Shown piece by piece: positions 11,780 to 27,967 of a DNA stretch of 64,000 bases. Both the position numbers and the translations under genes were made by a program. The notes below the pieces were generated by a model that saw only the letters and a program-made list of their open reading frames with translations, was not told the DNA's origin and made no database searches. The DNA is from the human T2T-CHM13v2.0 reference genome, Homo sapiens. Positions within the stretch are counted from its first letter, which is position 1; every line of letters begins with the position of its first letter. The stretch lies in the NCBI RefSeq assembly GCF_009914755.1, contig NC_060947.1. One strand, 5' to 3'.

Positions 11780-14700
11780 TCATCCCACTTCTTAATCTAT
11801 TAGAGCGATATACAAGTGGCAATTGTTGATTGCAAAAATGGGATTAAGAGGCTCTTCAAGTGAATTGATTTTCTTGTGAGAACAAAAAGAGGAAAGAGAA
11901 GCCTTCGTTTGAATCACACAGCCAGAAATTTTCATGAATGGGTTCCACTCCAAATGTTAGAATTAAAGCAATCAGTGAGTCCCCATGGGGTGTGCAGGTG
12001 AGAGAAATAAACTGCTCTAAAATAGCAAATTATGTGCAAAACCCAAGTTTAAGGCATCTATCTGCATTGAAAGACTGCCCAGAATAAAGTAGCCACTGGA
12101 AAGCTGCCTAATAATGTGACACAGACAATGATTTGCAGTGGTTCCTTTGTAGATTTGCACACTAGTGTTGGCTTCAGCTGGAGTCAGGTGAGACTTGGAC
12201 ATTCCTCATGATTTAGTCTCTGCTTTGCCCCGATGACACTTCTTTCCCTCCCAGGTCAGTAGGTCCATGCTGTCTGTTGAAAAGTTTCCCTGTGGGCCAG
12301 GTCTCTTTTGAAGAGTCACTTAATGCCTAGGTTATTTTTTTCCTTTGAAATGTCCTTAAACTTTTGACTTTGATTACTTTGGAAAATGTACATAGATTCT
12401 TCCTAGTCAGATTAAAATTGTTTTACCTTTTCCAAAGTGTCATTTAGTTAGGAAGGACGTTTATCACAGTAGTGTGTCTTCTGATGGCCAAATGGTACAG
12501 GCAGGCCTCTGCTACAGGGTGATTGTACAGGGCAGGACTTGAAAATATCAACTGTTGATTTAAACTCCTATGTTGCTCAAAGCTGCATAAACAACCACAA
12601 AAAAACCTCAAGCTGATGGAGAGACCATCAGGATCCTAAAAGAAAAGATATAAAAGATACGCACATGAGCTCTCATTTTCTAATTTCTAAAATGATAACT
12701 AAGGGTCACTCTAATGTTGGTTGTTTTCTATGGCATATCATGCATCACAAATGTATCTAGAATGATCATTTATCTGGCAGCTTTAGCTGTCAGAAACACC
12801 AAGAGTGTGGAGAATAGAAATGACACCCTGATGCCAGCTGGGGAAAAGAAACTGACCAGAGCAGATGGGGTAAGCCTCCTATTACTTCTGCCTTTAGGAC
12901 CATGTCCCATTCTAACCAGCAGCAAATAATTTGGAAAGCCCCAGCTCTTTGACAACACAATTGGCGACAAGCAGTTGAAATGTGTTAGAAGAGGCTCCCG
13001 TTTGGGAAGAGAAACATAACTCCAAGTGACAATGAAGTCTCCACAGATCTGAGACTGCTCAGAAGAAAATCCTTGTTGATGAATGTAGGAAATGAAAGTG
13101 TCCGCCTTTCTCTCACCTATCAGCCTCAGGGATTAGGGGAGGATGTGGCGATCTCTCTCCCATCTTCAAAGGTTGCTTCAAAGATCCTTTGGAGAAATAT
13201 GGCACAATTTAGACATTTGACATTCCTTATGCATACTGATGCTGTGACTTCAAAAGCTCTATTGGCCAAGCTGGTTAGGGAGGTGTTATTTATTTACTTT
13301 TACTGGGAAATGTTGTTGTTGTTGTTTTCTCCTGCTTGTTTTGTTTTCTTAACCTGTAGAGGCAGTAGCCAAAGGACACATCAGAAACGGCACGATGGAG
13401 TTGTTACTGTGTTGTGAGTCTGGAAAGACTGCTGAATCTAAGGTCCTGACCCACAGGGAGCACTATTTTTGGCAGTAATTTCTGATGCAACTTTGAGGGA
13501 AAGGGCAGAAATAAAAGGGAACCACAGCCAGAGGACTCTGTACAGCCAGCAGCATATTGGCCGACGGTGTAGGTTTCTTCTGCTGTATTTGAGCAGCTCT
13601 CTGTTCAGTCTTTACCTTGGCAGGTGGAGTTTTTTTTGTAAAGGGAAGCCTTGTTTAGACAACATTTGCACAGAAGCTTTGAATTCCCAAATTGTGAAAC
13701 TCTCCAAAGAAGAAAGAACATGTGCATTTACATGAAAATATAATTGATAGATTTCATGTCCTCCTTTCCGTGCATATTCAAGTAATTCTCTTTCTGGGTG
13801 GATTTCACTTGCCACAGCCTTTATTTAAAACTTAATTCAGAGGAATCACAGTTTGTTAGGTCTTTTCTTTCCCTCTGGATTTTTCTCTAAACCTCGAAAG
13901 CAGAAGCATTGGCCTGCATGTAACATAGCAAGTATGGGATACAGAAAGTAATAATTGGATATTTATCATAATGTTGCTTTCCCAGAACACTATTCATTAA
14001 CTGCCCCATATTTAATTATGCTGAAATTAGCACAGGGGAGTCTCTGGCTAGTGTATTTGCACATGCTATCAATTATGTCCTAATAAATTAATTTGCTTTT
14101 CAGGATTCACCAGAGGCACTGGTTGGGCCTCTGCGCTCCTGCTTGACTGTTCTGACTTTGAACAGGTTTATTCAGCTGCTGTCTGCTAAGCCCTACAGAA
14201 AAGCACAATGGCTGCTGATCGGCCTTTTATGGTTTATTGGAAACTGGTGGTCCGCACTGCAGCTCTGGTCAGTGATTAACCCGCGAGAAAACAAACTACA
14301 CAAGGCTAAGTTGATGTTGGAGGAGGAATGAGCTCACTTCATTAAGGCTTGAAGAGGAAACCTTTTCTCCTTCAGTGCTTGTTCAAAACTTTTCAGGTCT
14401 CTATTTAATCACGTAATTCTCTCTAAGTAGCAAGAGAAGCCTGCTGCACAGCAAGTGGTCTTTTGCCACATGACAACTTAGAAAGATAAATTATATATAA
14501 ATATCTTCATGGTTTTGTGTGGTGAGGAAACCAATTTTAGTATTACTCTGTGAAACTAATTTACTTGTTTCTTTATTAAAAGAAATAGCTGGGTCCACTC
14601 TGTGCTGTTTCATGTGCACAGTGGCCTTCACATTTCTTCTGGGCTTCTCTTTCTTTGATAGGGTCACTGAAAAATCAGGTGAAAGGTACCTCCCTTCCTG

Positions 14701-15850
14701 CCTACCCACTTCCCCATGATTCTAAACAAGGATTTGAAAGGGGCTGCAGAGGAAGAGAGTGATGGAAAAGCCTCAAATAATACAGATTATTGCAAAATTG
14801 AAAAAAAAAATCAATCTCTTTCCAGCTATGAGGTAGAACAGGATCTGCACAGCCTGGTTCTCTTTCAGGAAGTATTATATTTTCTGGCATCATCTAATAT
14901 CTCTCTCTCTCTCTCAACCAGCAACCTCAACCTTGTAGATGATGAGTAAAAATCATAACAAATATAGGTGCTTCAGTTCTGGTTTTGGCAATTTTTCACT
15001 CTGGGAAAAAAAGATAATAAAAAATTCAATAAAGACATGCAATCGGTGAATGTCAAGGGATTTCAGTGCTGCCTTCCAATTCTGAATTTAAGGATGTAAC
15101 TATCCCTGTGGTAATTTTGGGAATGTCTTACCCTATTCACTGATCCATTTTTCCTATTAGATCTAGGGATAGGTACTTGATTGTCTACCCTTCTCCCCCA
15201 TTCACATACACACAGGCACTCTTAAGACATTGTTATGGGAAGAGGTTTAATTCATCAAGAAAATCCATAATGAATTTGTAGATTAAATATGAAGGAGAAA
15301 AGTCTCACAGAATCTCCATTATCATCAGATATATGTATATCTTCAGAAAACTCACAATCACTGGAGAATAAATCAAGGAGAGGGAAAGGATTCTTCTGTG
15401 CCAGAAGCCAGAGCCTCTGAGCCGTGCACTGCTGGCTGCTTTTAACTGGGACCTTATTCATAAACCTTCCATAATCACTGATTTGCATCCCATTTACAAT
15501 GAGTCTCCAGCAGGACTGAGGTTCCAATTTTTTTACATTTTTCATCCTCTGTTATACTATCTATACCTCGTTCTCATCTCTCTATGCTTTCCCCTTCCCT
15601 TTTGTTGCAGTGAGAAGAGTTTTACAAACCTCTCTGGCTTTTTGGCAGAACAAAACTTTTGGTTCGGGTGCTCTCTCAATAATCTTTCTTTACCACTCTC
15701 CCCGCTTCATTTTATGCAGTGACTCCACTCTATCATTATCTCTTCCGCAGCCCCTCCAGTAACAACCGAAATGTGATTAACATCACCCAGTTGCTGATTT
15801 ATCGGGCAATTCCTATTTAACTGTTTGCTTTTCTCTTATAAATGTTACAT

Positions 15851-16042
15851 TAGTGCTTCTCAAACTCTAATGTGCATCATGAATCACCTGAGAAATTGTG
15901 TTAACATACAGGTTCTGATTCAATAGGTCTAGGATGGGCCCTGATATTCTGCATTTTTAATGAACTCCTTGGCGATGCTGATGTTGCTGGTCCCAGACCA
16001 TAGTTTTAAACTGGATCTTCCCATCCACACTTTGAAAAGCAA
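15851..16042. mobile_element. MER5B (hAT-Charlie)
   Basis: AGTGCTTCTCAAACT..GAATCACCTG..TCTGATTCA.TAGGTCT..GATGCTGATG.TGCTGGTCC. Confidence 0.8.
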
Positions 16043-17465
16043 AGTGTATTCGTAGTAATCCTGGATTGTTAGAGAATCACACACTTCAATCAAGGCACAA
16101 AAATTTGAACAATGTTCTTGAGGATAGTTAAAAAGTGCCCTAGCATCAGGGCATATGTTAAAATCTCGATGTTAACTAGATTCCTTTGCCAGTGAACACA
16201 CATGCTTTTCTATATTAAAAAAAAAAATTAAACTCCATGATAACCACAGGCAAAGAAAATGGCAGTTTGTGCTGAAGTCTACAATTGGAGGAACAAAATG
16301 GAGCTCAACAAATGACCTATCATTAAAGGATTTTGAAATGTTAAAGAAATTTACTACTAAATCACATCTTGGTAGTAGTGTTACTGCAAAGAAAGTGTTC
16401 TCAGCTGGGTGAATATTTTAGCTCTATAATAGCATTTTAAAAAGTCTTTTAATATTGCCATAGTATTTATTCCAATTCATTTCAGCTTCTACAATTTTCT
16501 GAGTATTGAGGTCTGTTAGAATGGATGCTGGACCAGTAGTATATCTTAATATAAACTGCTGTTTTCCCCTTTTTAATTCCTATGACCTTTAGGGAAAGAT
16601 TTTCTACAACCTCTCATAGCATTATTTTTTGTAAAAATCAAAATCCTGATATTACTTATTTTTATTTTTAATTGACACATAATAATTTTATAGCTAAGCG
16701 ATTTTTAAGAAACTTAGTCATTCTTACTGTAGGATGTTGTTACTGAAGTCTAACCATAGTAGTTTATGCTGCAATTTAGACCACTATTATTTTGTTTAGT
16801 CAACCACAAAATATTTATAACTTATCTACTATAAACCTGAGATAGTTCTAGGTACCATGGAAGAGAGGAAGAATTTTAAGATATGGAGGACAATGGAGTA
16901 CAAACAGTTGTATAAAATAATGAGGCATAGTCTATGAACTGATAACAGTGTCATTTCTGGGATATATTATTAAGTGATAAGAGAAAAGTGTAGCATATTA
17001 GCATGTTACTTTTTGCATAACAACTAAGAAGAACACACACATATCTATGACATATAGATAGATAGATGTAAATTGGTATGTTTACTTTTTCCTACAAAAA
17101 CAAGTGGAGAAAGGCTAAGACAGAATCTATTGAGAGTTAGTAGAAACTGAGTAGATAGGACAGGAATAGAATAATGACTACTCTGATGATAACATTTTAG
17201 ATAGTTTTGACTTTTTCCCCTTTTTTCCTTTTGAAGTAAAAAGAGGCAGAAAAAAAACAAGAGAGTTTTGACTTTTTAAACATGTAAATATTTTACATAC
17301 TGTTAAAGTTTAAAAAAATGAAAAATCAAATATTAAAACTTAATACAAATAGAAACAAATGAACCTAAGTATCACATTTGTAACAAATGACAGAGAAAAG
17401 AAAATTCAAATTTCTTTCAATATTTTGAACACATATCTCTGACTATATACATCATTGCTGGAATA

Positions 17466-18702
17466 CAAGGGGACTTCAAAAACTTTGTGGAAAATGGAAT
17501 TAAAATATAACAATAAAATTGTAAACTTTATCTCTCAACATAAGTTCCATCAAGGTAAAGATATTTTGGTAAATGATGATAACAGCCATTTATTCAATCC
17601 CTAAGGAACTGAGGGGCCTTGGAATTTAATCATGTCAACATAGCCTTTTACATTATTAACTGTAGAAAAATGGGTGATTTTTACACATTTTTAAAGATTA
17701 GGAAACAAAAATAAGTCAGAAGGAGCCAAATCAGGACTATAAAAGATGGATGCCAAATGATTTGCCATCAAAACCATCACAAAATTGCTCTTGCTCGATC
17801 AGAGGAATGATCAAGAGCATTGTCGTGGTGAAGAAGGACTCTGGTGAAACTTTCTCAGGAATTTTTCTGCTAAAACTTTGGCTAACTTTCTCAAAACACT
17901 CTCATAATAAGCAGATGTTGTTGTTCTTTGGTCCACCAGAAAGTTAACAAGCAAAATGCCTTGAGCATTCCAAAACACCATTGCTATGACCTTTGCTTTT
18001 GATCAGATCACTTTTGCTTTGACTGGACCACTTCCATCCCTTGGTAGCCATTACTTTGATTGTGCTTTGTCTTCAGGATCATATTGGTAAAGCCATGTTT
18101 CATCTCCTGTTACAAGTCTTCAAGGAAATATTTCAGGATCTCAATCTTACGTATTTAAAATATCCATCAAAATCTCTAATCTCATCTGCAGCTAATCTGG
18201 GTGCAATGGTTTCGGCACCTTTCGAGTGGAAATTTCATCCAACTTTAATTCTTCAGTCATAATTTTGTAAGCTAGGCCATTTGAGATGCCTATGGTGTTG
18301 GCTATTGTTTATGCTGTTAATCATCAGTCCTCTTCAATTAGGGCACAAAAAAGATTAATTTCTTCCTCACGAGTTGATGTGGATGGTTACCTATTCTGCT
18401 GATTTCCTTAAGACATTGTCCCTACAAGTTTTCTTGTAAAGTATCAACAGTTTTACCATTCTTCCACCCAAGCTTCACCATAAATTTGATGTTTGTCCTA
18501 ACTTCAATTTTAGCAGAATTCCTGTTGCTCTGAGAGGGGATCTTTTCAAACTGATGCCTTATCCTTCTTAGTGTCTCACACTAGATCCTGTTCGGATATG
18601 TCATAGTAAGTTAGGACAAATCTATTTTGGTGCAAAAAAATTTGAAATCCATGCATAGTTTTTCATAATATACATTTTCACAAACTTTTTGAAGGCCTCT
18701 TG
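17466..18702 (-). mobile_element. HSMAR2 mariner DNA transposon, near full length, decayed transposase
   Basis: TIRs CAAGGGGACTTCAAAAACTTTGTGGAAAATG / CATTTTCACAAACTTTTTGAAGGCCTCTTG; TA flank; minus-strand HHDNA (~17816-17830) and YSPDLAPSD (~17714-17741) mariner motifs. Confidence 0.9.
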
Positions 18703-19985
18703 TGTGTTCTAAGGACAAAAAGAGCCATAAAGTCATAATAAACTTTATTAATTGTATTGTGAATAGTGCATTATATTTGTGTATTTATGTATACTGTGTG
18801 ATAAAGCAAATAAGGAAATGTATTAATTTTGTCTGGAACCAAGACTTCCACAGTAGAAGAAATGTAAGTACAAAGTAAAAGAAAGTAAGGGAAAGTTCTG
18901 TAATGTTAAATTTGAATCAGAAATATCAGTATGAATTTATTTTATACATGTATATACATTTTTTCGTAGCTCTGTTCACTCACTGGACTTACAAGTAATA
19001 ACATCCCAGTATCAATGAACATACCTGGAGCTCAAATGTTGGTTTCTAAATGCAATTCTCCACTGAATAGAACAAAGAGCCCTTGGAGAAATGACTGATT
19101 TCATGGCTGGGGCAGGGAAGGTACCAGATGATCCTGGAACATCTTATTGTGCCAGAAAGAAAGGAAGTGTTCAGATGCTAATGGGATTAAGTCAGAGAAC
19201 ACAAGAGTTGTCTTGAGGGATTCCTACTGGTTAAAATCAAGACAGTTTTAACATTATAATAATCTTGGTAATGGATTTTAATACATTTAATTAAAATAAT
19301 CCATGAATTTGAAGTGATAGGGCCAAAGGGGGTGAGCAAGGGTGTGAGGAAAGTTCTTTTTTTTTCAGATTAATACTAATTATAAAATGTAGGAAGAATG
19401 AGAGAATTAGAAGCTCACAATTTTCCAATCTCCAATGTAATAATCTAGCAAGGATCATCAGTGGGTGCTAAAACAGTTGAGTGAAGGGTAGTTTGGGAAA
19501 CCAGGTATTCCAAATGTTCAAGGTATGATGTCAAGGTATCACCCATAAATTACTTACTAATTACAAAGAGAACAATGTAATGTTACAGTGTGGTGCTATG
19601 ATAGTCATCACTTTAAAAGTGATCAGTCTTAGTGTCACCAGCATGACATTAAGTGCCTCCTGATGTGATACAATAACAACTACACAACAGCACATATATA
19701 GTACGTTTGCCTAGAGTGTTTTATCTAAATCTAATCACAAGGATATAATTAGAGACATCTAGAATATGGGATGTTTTATTCTACAAGACAACTGGCCTAA
19801 ACTCTTGAAAAAAAAAAGTCTCTAATGAAGAAAAACAGAAAGGGGGAAAAGATTGTTGTTAAATGCCATCAAGACAACAAATCTTGATCGGAACCTAAGC
19901 TGGGTGAAAGAAGACATAGAAGGCATTTTGGGAACAATTGGGGAAGCTTGCATATATACTGTAATTTGATGATTTTACAGACTGA

Positions 19986-20499
<514 letters not shown>

Positions 20500-20639
20500 A
20501 AAGAGAGAGAAAGCAAATGTAGCAAGATATTAAGAAATTGGTAAATCCAAGTGAAAAGTATACAGGATTTGAATTTACTAATCTTTCACACTTCCTGAAG
20601 ACTTGACATTTTTCAGTACAAAAATCTATGGGCAGGGGG

Positions 20640-21025
20640 AGTACGTCATGTGCAGAATTGGTGGAAAGGCAGGAGAACCAGATTCAGAAAATAGGGACAA
20701 GGGTGACTCTGCAGCCAGAGCCACAGCCATAAACTTGTTACAAACCCTATACAGTGAGCACACTCCTGCACAGATGCTATTGAGCCGTCAACTCCAGGCT
20801 GCTGGCTCTAGTTGCTGGACAATGCTGTTGACTCCAGTATGGTTTGGCCCCATCTCTGCTTCTGTCTGTCACTAGGTTCCATGCCTTTGATTAGCCATGC
20901 CTTCAGTTATGGGCCCATACCCTAGCTGCAGGAAGTATTGGGAAAAGCATTTTTAACTTCCGTAGTGAGAGTCAAGCTCTGCCTCACTCAGACTCATTTG
21001 GTGACAGATTCTTCAAACATAAAAT
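20640..21025 (-). mobile_element. Old MaLR LTR (MLT1K/L/M-like)
   Basis: TTGATTAGCCA..CCCTAGCTGCAGGAAG..TGGGAAA motifs; highly diverged. Confidence 0.45.
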
Positions 21026-21375
21026 CCATTTGAACATTAGAAGTGAGTTCAGAAGCTGTCTTCCTATGACAGCCCTTAGTCTAGGGTAGAAATCATAATG
21101 AGTTAGACAATGTAAATCACTATAAAGTCACCTGTATCGTGTCACTCTCTTCATCATTACCTCTGATGGTCCATCGGTTCTAGTTCTAACCCTTACTGGG
21201 CTTTCTGGCCCTAATAATTACATTAATACTAACCCAGGTAGACCAGAACTGAGCCTTTGAAATTACAGAAAAGTTGAAACATAAACGATAAACAGAGATG
21301 CAGGCCCCTTGTGATGTTAACTTGGATCCACTCGTCATGAAGTAGAGTAAATTATTTGGAGTAAATTTTGTAGCC

Positions 21376-21591
21376 CAGGGCTGTCCAATCTTTTGGCTTT
21401 CCTGGGCCTCATTGAAAGAAGAAGAATTGTCCAGGGCCACACATAAAATACACTAACACTATAGCTGATGAGCTAAACAAAAAAGTTGCAAAAAAACTCA
21501 TAATGTTTTAAGTTTACAAATTTGTGTTGGGCCACATTAAAAGCCATCCTTGGTTGCATGTGGCCCATGGGCTGTGGGTTGGACAAGCTTG
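21376..21591 (+). mobile_element. MER30 (hAT-Charlie)
   Basis: CAGGGCTGTCCAATCTTTTGGC...GGTTGGACAAGCTTG; 8-bp TSD TTGTAGCC/ATGTTGCC. Confidence 0.9.
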
Positions 21592-21914
21592 ATGTTGCCC
21601 AAAGGGTGATTTGCATGGGAATAATGTGCCCCTAAATTTCATCAATAAGCAAACAGTCTTAAATGAACTAAAGGTTTAGAAGTTAGAGCATGTTATACAT
21701 TTGGATGCCATATGTTCAAATAGCTAAACGGGAGCACCAACATGGAGAAAAAAAGTACTGTGGCTTTAGCATGACACTGAGGGAGAGTGTTTTGTCAGGC
21801 TAATGTGAGTACTTCTATTTCCTTGATAAGTCTCTCTATAGTGTTAAGGGTGACTCACCAGGCTGCCATAGCTTGATGACATTATTCCTCAATTCAATTT
21901 TTTTGTAATCATCA

Positions 21915-22400
21915 TCAACAGCCAGTTATTGAACGCTTCTTATGTGCTCATTACTGCAAATATGAAGATGAATCAGGCCTTTGAGGAGCTTATAATCCAC
22001 TTGGAGAGAAAGAAGATATACACTAAAGATAAATAACATTAAAAGGTAGCACATAAAGACCAAATGAGGAGTATAGACAAGTGCCGAAGAAGGTCAGAGG
22101 AGGGACAGAATACTGTTGGGTGGGATGGTAATAGCAGGCTTCCTTGAGAAAATGAACATTAGAGGAAGAGATCGATTCACATAAAAGCAGGGAGGTGGTT
22201 TGGGGTTATCATTACAGGTAGGCCCAAGAACACGGGCCACAGTGTTTTAGGGCTCTATGGGCGGTGTGTGGAAATGAAGCCAGTTTTCCTGGGACAAAAA
22301 CATGCAGAGGTTGTACATTGATTGCATAATGAGGTAAGCTTGGGGCTTTGAAGGGCCTTGTTGCCAGAGCAAAAATTTGGAAATTAGCTATTAGATTAGT
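21915..22400 (-). mobile_element. LINE-2 3' end
   Basis: TTATTGAACGCTT.TTATGTGC..GAGGAGCTTATAATC..GGCTTCCTTGAG. Confidence 0.6.
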
Positions 22401-22409
22401 TGAGCTCCT

Positions 22410-24040
<1,631 letters not shown>

Positions 24041-24041
24041 T

Positions 24042-26830
24042 ATATAAAAAAGATGCTACATCATGACCAAGTGAGGTTTATCTGAAGAATGCAAGACTGG
24101 TTTACCATTTGAAAATCAATCAGTGTAATTCATCATATTCATCATATTAAAAGTATAAAATAATGAAAACATAAGACCATCTCAATCAATGCAGAAAAAG
24201 CATTTGGGAAAATTCAAAATTCACTCAATATAAAAACTTAGAGCAAGCCAGGAGTAGAAGAAATCTTCCTCAACCTGATAATGGGCATCTATGAAAAGCA
24301 TTTAAGTAACAGCATACTTAATGGTGAAAGACTGAATGCTTTCCCCCAAGACAAAATATGAGGCAAGAACGTCTGCTCTTATTACTTCTATTCACCATTA
24401 TACTGGAGCTGCCAACCGGTAAAATCAGGCAAGTGAAAAAAGAAAATGCATACAGCTTAGAATAGAAGAAATAAAACCATCTCTATTCATGATGACATGA
24501 ATGTATACAGAGAAAATTCTAAACAGTCTATCAGAAAACTACTAGAACTGATAAGTGAATTTGGCAAGTTCAAATGATACAACGTCAATGTATAAATTTC
24601 TATATACTTGCTATAAACAATTGGAAAATAAAATTTAAAAGAATACCATTTTCAATAGCATCAAAAAAAAACCATGGAATACTTAGAGATAATTTGAACA
24701 CATGTGCAAGACTTTTACAGTAGGCAGTGTAAAACATTGTCGAGGGAAATTAAAGAAGACTTAGTAAATGGATTGGAAGACTCAGGGGTGTTATTGTTAG
24801 AACATCAGTTCTTCCCAAAATGATCTGTAGATTCAGCACACATCCAGTTAGAATCTCAGCATAATTTTTTGAGGAAATTGAGAATCTGACAAGGTATAAA
24901 AAAATGCACAGAACCTAGGATAGTCAAAGTAATCTTGAAAAAGAAGAACAAAATTAAGCGACTTACATTATCGGATTTCAATACTTTTTATAAAGCAATA
25001 GTAATAAAAGAGTGTGGTAATGCAAAAGCAAAGACATGGAATCAAATCCAATGCCTATCAAGATAGACTGGATAAAAAAATGTGGTACATATACACTATG
25101 AAATACTATGCACCCAAAAAGAATAAGATCATGTCCTTTGCAGGGACATGGATGGAGCTGGAGGCCATTATCCTTAGCAAACTAACGAAGCAACAGAAAA
25201 CCAAATACTGCATGATTTCACTTATAAGTGGGAGCTAAATGATGAGAACACATGGACACATAGAGAGGAACAACATACACTGAGGCCTATCAGAGGGTGG
25301 AGGGTTGGAAGAGGGAGAGAATCAGGAAAAATAACTAACTGATACTAGGTTTAATACCTGGGCGATGAAATAATATGTACAGCAAACCCCCATGACACAT
25401 GTTTACCTATGTAGCAAATCTGCAAATCCTGCACACGCACCCCTGAACTTAAAAGTTAAGAAAAGTGTGGTGCTGGAACAAAGATAGACATATAGAAAAT
25501 GATAGAGTTCACAGGTAGCCCCACAAATATATGGTCAATTATCTTTTGCAAAGGTGCCAAGACACTTCAACTGGGGCAAGGACAGTATTTTCAACAAATG
25601 GTGCTGGAAAACCAGATATCCATATTTTTAAAAATCCCTAACCTTTACCTCATTTCATACACAAAAATTAATTCAAGTGCATTACATACCAAAAGGTAAC
25701 AGTTAAAACTGTAAAACCTATAAGAAGGCACAAGAGAAAACCTTCACTATTTTGATGTAAGCAAAGTTTTCTTAGATGGAACACAAAAAGCATAAATCAT
25801 AAGGAAAAAGCTTAATAAATTTGACTCCATCAAGATTTAAAACTTCTGATTTCTGAAATACATATTAAGAAAATGAAATGGAAGTGACAGAATTGGAGAG
25901 AAATCTACAATACATAAATCTAACAAAGGACTTGTGTCCAGAATATATAGTGAACTCATAATTCATTAATAAGACAAGAAACCCAATTAAATGAATAGGC
26001 GAAAGAGTTAAAAAGAAACACCACAAAAACGATCTAAAAATTGCCAGTAGACACACACAGAGATGTTTATCATCATTAGTCGTCAGGGAACTACAAATTA
26101 AAATGGCAATCATGTACCACTACACACCTAGTAGGATGGCTAAAATTAAAAAGATTGATAATACCAGGTGTTGGCAAGGATGTGAAGCAATTAATACTCT
26201 CATGCATTGCTGGTGGAAATACCAAATGGTACAACAACTTTGGAAAAGAGTTGGCAGGTTTCTTATAATGTTAAATATATATTTACTGTGTGTTCTAGCT
26301 ATCCCACTCTTAGGTAAATAAAGAGAAATAAAAACATAGATCCACACATGGATGTTCATAGCAGTTTTATGCATAATAGCTCCAAATTGGAAACAACCTG
26401 AATGTCCACTAACAGGTGAATGGATAAACAAAATGTGTGATATCCATATACTGATATACTACTCAGCAATAAAAAGGAACAGTTTACTAATATACCCTAA
26501 AACATGGATGAATCTCTAAAACATTGTGTGTTAAGTGAAAGAAGCCAGACACAAAGAGATTATATTGTGTGATTCCATTTGTATGAAATCCTAAAAATGT
26601 CAAAACTACTCAATAATGATAGAAAGCATGTCAGTGGTTGCCTAGGGCTGGGTGTGACAGATCTGTCTGGAAAGGAGCATAAGAGAACTTTTTAGGGGTT
26701 TGAAAATGATCTGTATGCTGACCATGATAATTATTATATTGGTATAAATGTTGGTTATAGCTCATAAGACTACACACTTAAAATGAGTGCATTTGAGTTA
26801 TGTTAATTATACCTCAAAAAGTTTAATATT
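24042..26830 (+). mobile_element. Old L1 (L1ME/L1MB-like), ORF2 RT region to 3' end
   Basis: CATGACCAAGTG.GGTTTAT (HDQVGF), GCAGAAAAAGCATTTG (AEKAF), C-terminal HCWW motif, L1ME-type 3' UTR; many stops. Confidence 0.85.
25019..25460 (+). mobile_element. 5'-truncated L1PA15/16 nested in older L1
   Basis: Translates IMSFAGTWMELEAIILSKL; 3' UTR GAATCAGGAAAAATAACTAA; TSD core AGTGTGGT on both sides. Confidence 0.88.
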
Positions 26831-26834
26831 AAAG

Positions 26835-27240
26835 AGGCATGGAAGGTAGAATAAGAAAGTGCAACATATATCAAATAGAAACTCCAAAAGGAGCACATAT
26901 AGAAAATTAAAGAGAGTCAACATTTAAAGAGATAATTGCTGACAGTTTTTCAGATGTGATGAAAAATACGAATTTTCAGATTCAGAAAGCAAATCTTGGT
27001 CAGGAAAAATAAAATAAATTCACATTTGGATACAAATTCATAAAATCCCAAATGCCAAAAACTATGTGATGTTAAAATAGATCTAAGAAGAAAGACAAAT
27101 TACTTTCTAAGGAATAGCAATTAGATGGATAGCAGACTTAACAACAACAACTGAAACCACAAGACAATGGAAAAATATCACTATAGCCAGCAAAAAATGG
27201 CTTCAAACTAGAATTCCACACCATTTCAAAACATTTTCAG
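26835..27240 (+). mobile_element. L1 ORF1-like / HAL1 remnant
   Basis: TTTAAAGAGATAATTGCTGA..TTTTCAGA, AATTAGA..ATAGCAGACTT..ACAACAAC..AGACAATGGA. Confidence 0.55.
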
Positions 27241-27659
27241 AAACTGGATGGTGATTACAAAGGCACATACATATGTAAAAATTAATCAACCTGTACATGT
27301 AATGTTTGTACAGGTTACTGTGTGAAAGTTATACCTCAGCAAAAAATTTTGTTTCTATTTTCTTATATTTTTAATTGCTTTTAAAATACAATATGCACAT
27401 GGTAAAAAATCCAAAACTTTCAGTGAAATTGAAATAAAATAAAATTTAAAATAAAACATTTTAAGTATTTCCAGGCATAGGTTTTAAGTTTTTATGACTC
27501 ATAGATTCTCCCTAAAAATCTACCAAAGAGGTACTTCAGAAGAAAGAATTTATCTAAAAAGGAAGGAGGGAGATTTAGCAATTGAGAGCAAAGAAAATAG
27601 TAAGCAGCTGGGTAAAACTAAACAAGGATTGACTCTATCAACAGCAATAATAATAATAT

Positions 27660-27826
27660 TACATTTAATGGATTACATGATATACTTAAATCTTTTTAAC
27701 ATTTCTGAAATTGGGATGCATCTTATGTGTTGATGTGTCATGTAATTGGCAGCATTTTTTTCTTTGGAGTAGGTAAAATCATGGTGCATGATACAATCAA
27801 TGATGCCTTTGATTCAGCAAAATGTA
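27660..27826. mobile_element. MER104-like TcMar-Tc2 (Kanga) MITE
   Basis: TTTTAACATTTCTGAAATTGGGATGCATCTTA..AATTGGCAGCATTTTTT..ATGGTGC..TACAATC.ATG. Confidence 0.65.
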
Positions 27827-27915
27827 ATCATAATTACTAATTTGGGGAATGTAACAAAATGGAAACAAAATTATTTACAATGGGAAATTGACTGGGGTTA
27901 AAATGTTCTAAGACC

Positions 27916-27967
27916 CTTTTTAAGGATCGTTTTTAAGGATCTTTTTAAGGATCCTTTTTAAGGATCT
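27916..27967. repeat. (TTTTTAAGGATC)x4 minisatellite
   Basis: Directly visible, 12-13 bp unit. Confidence 0.92.
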
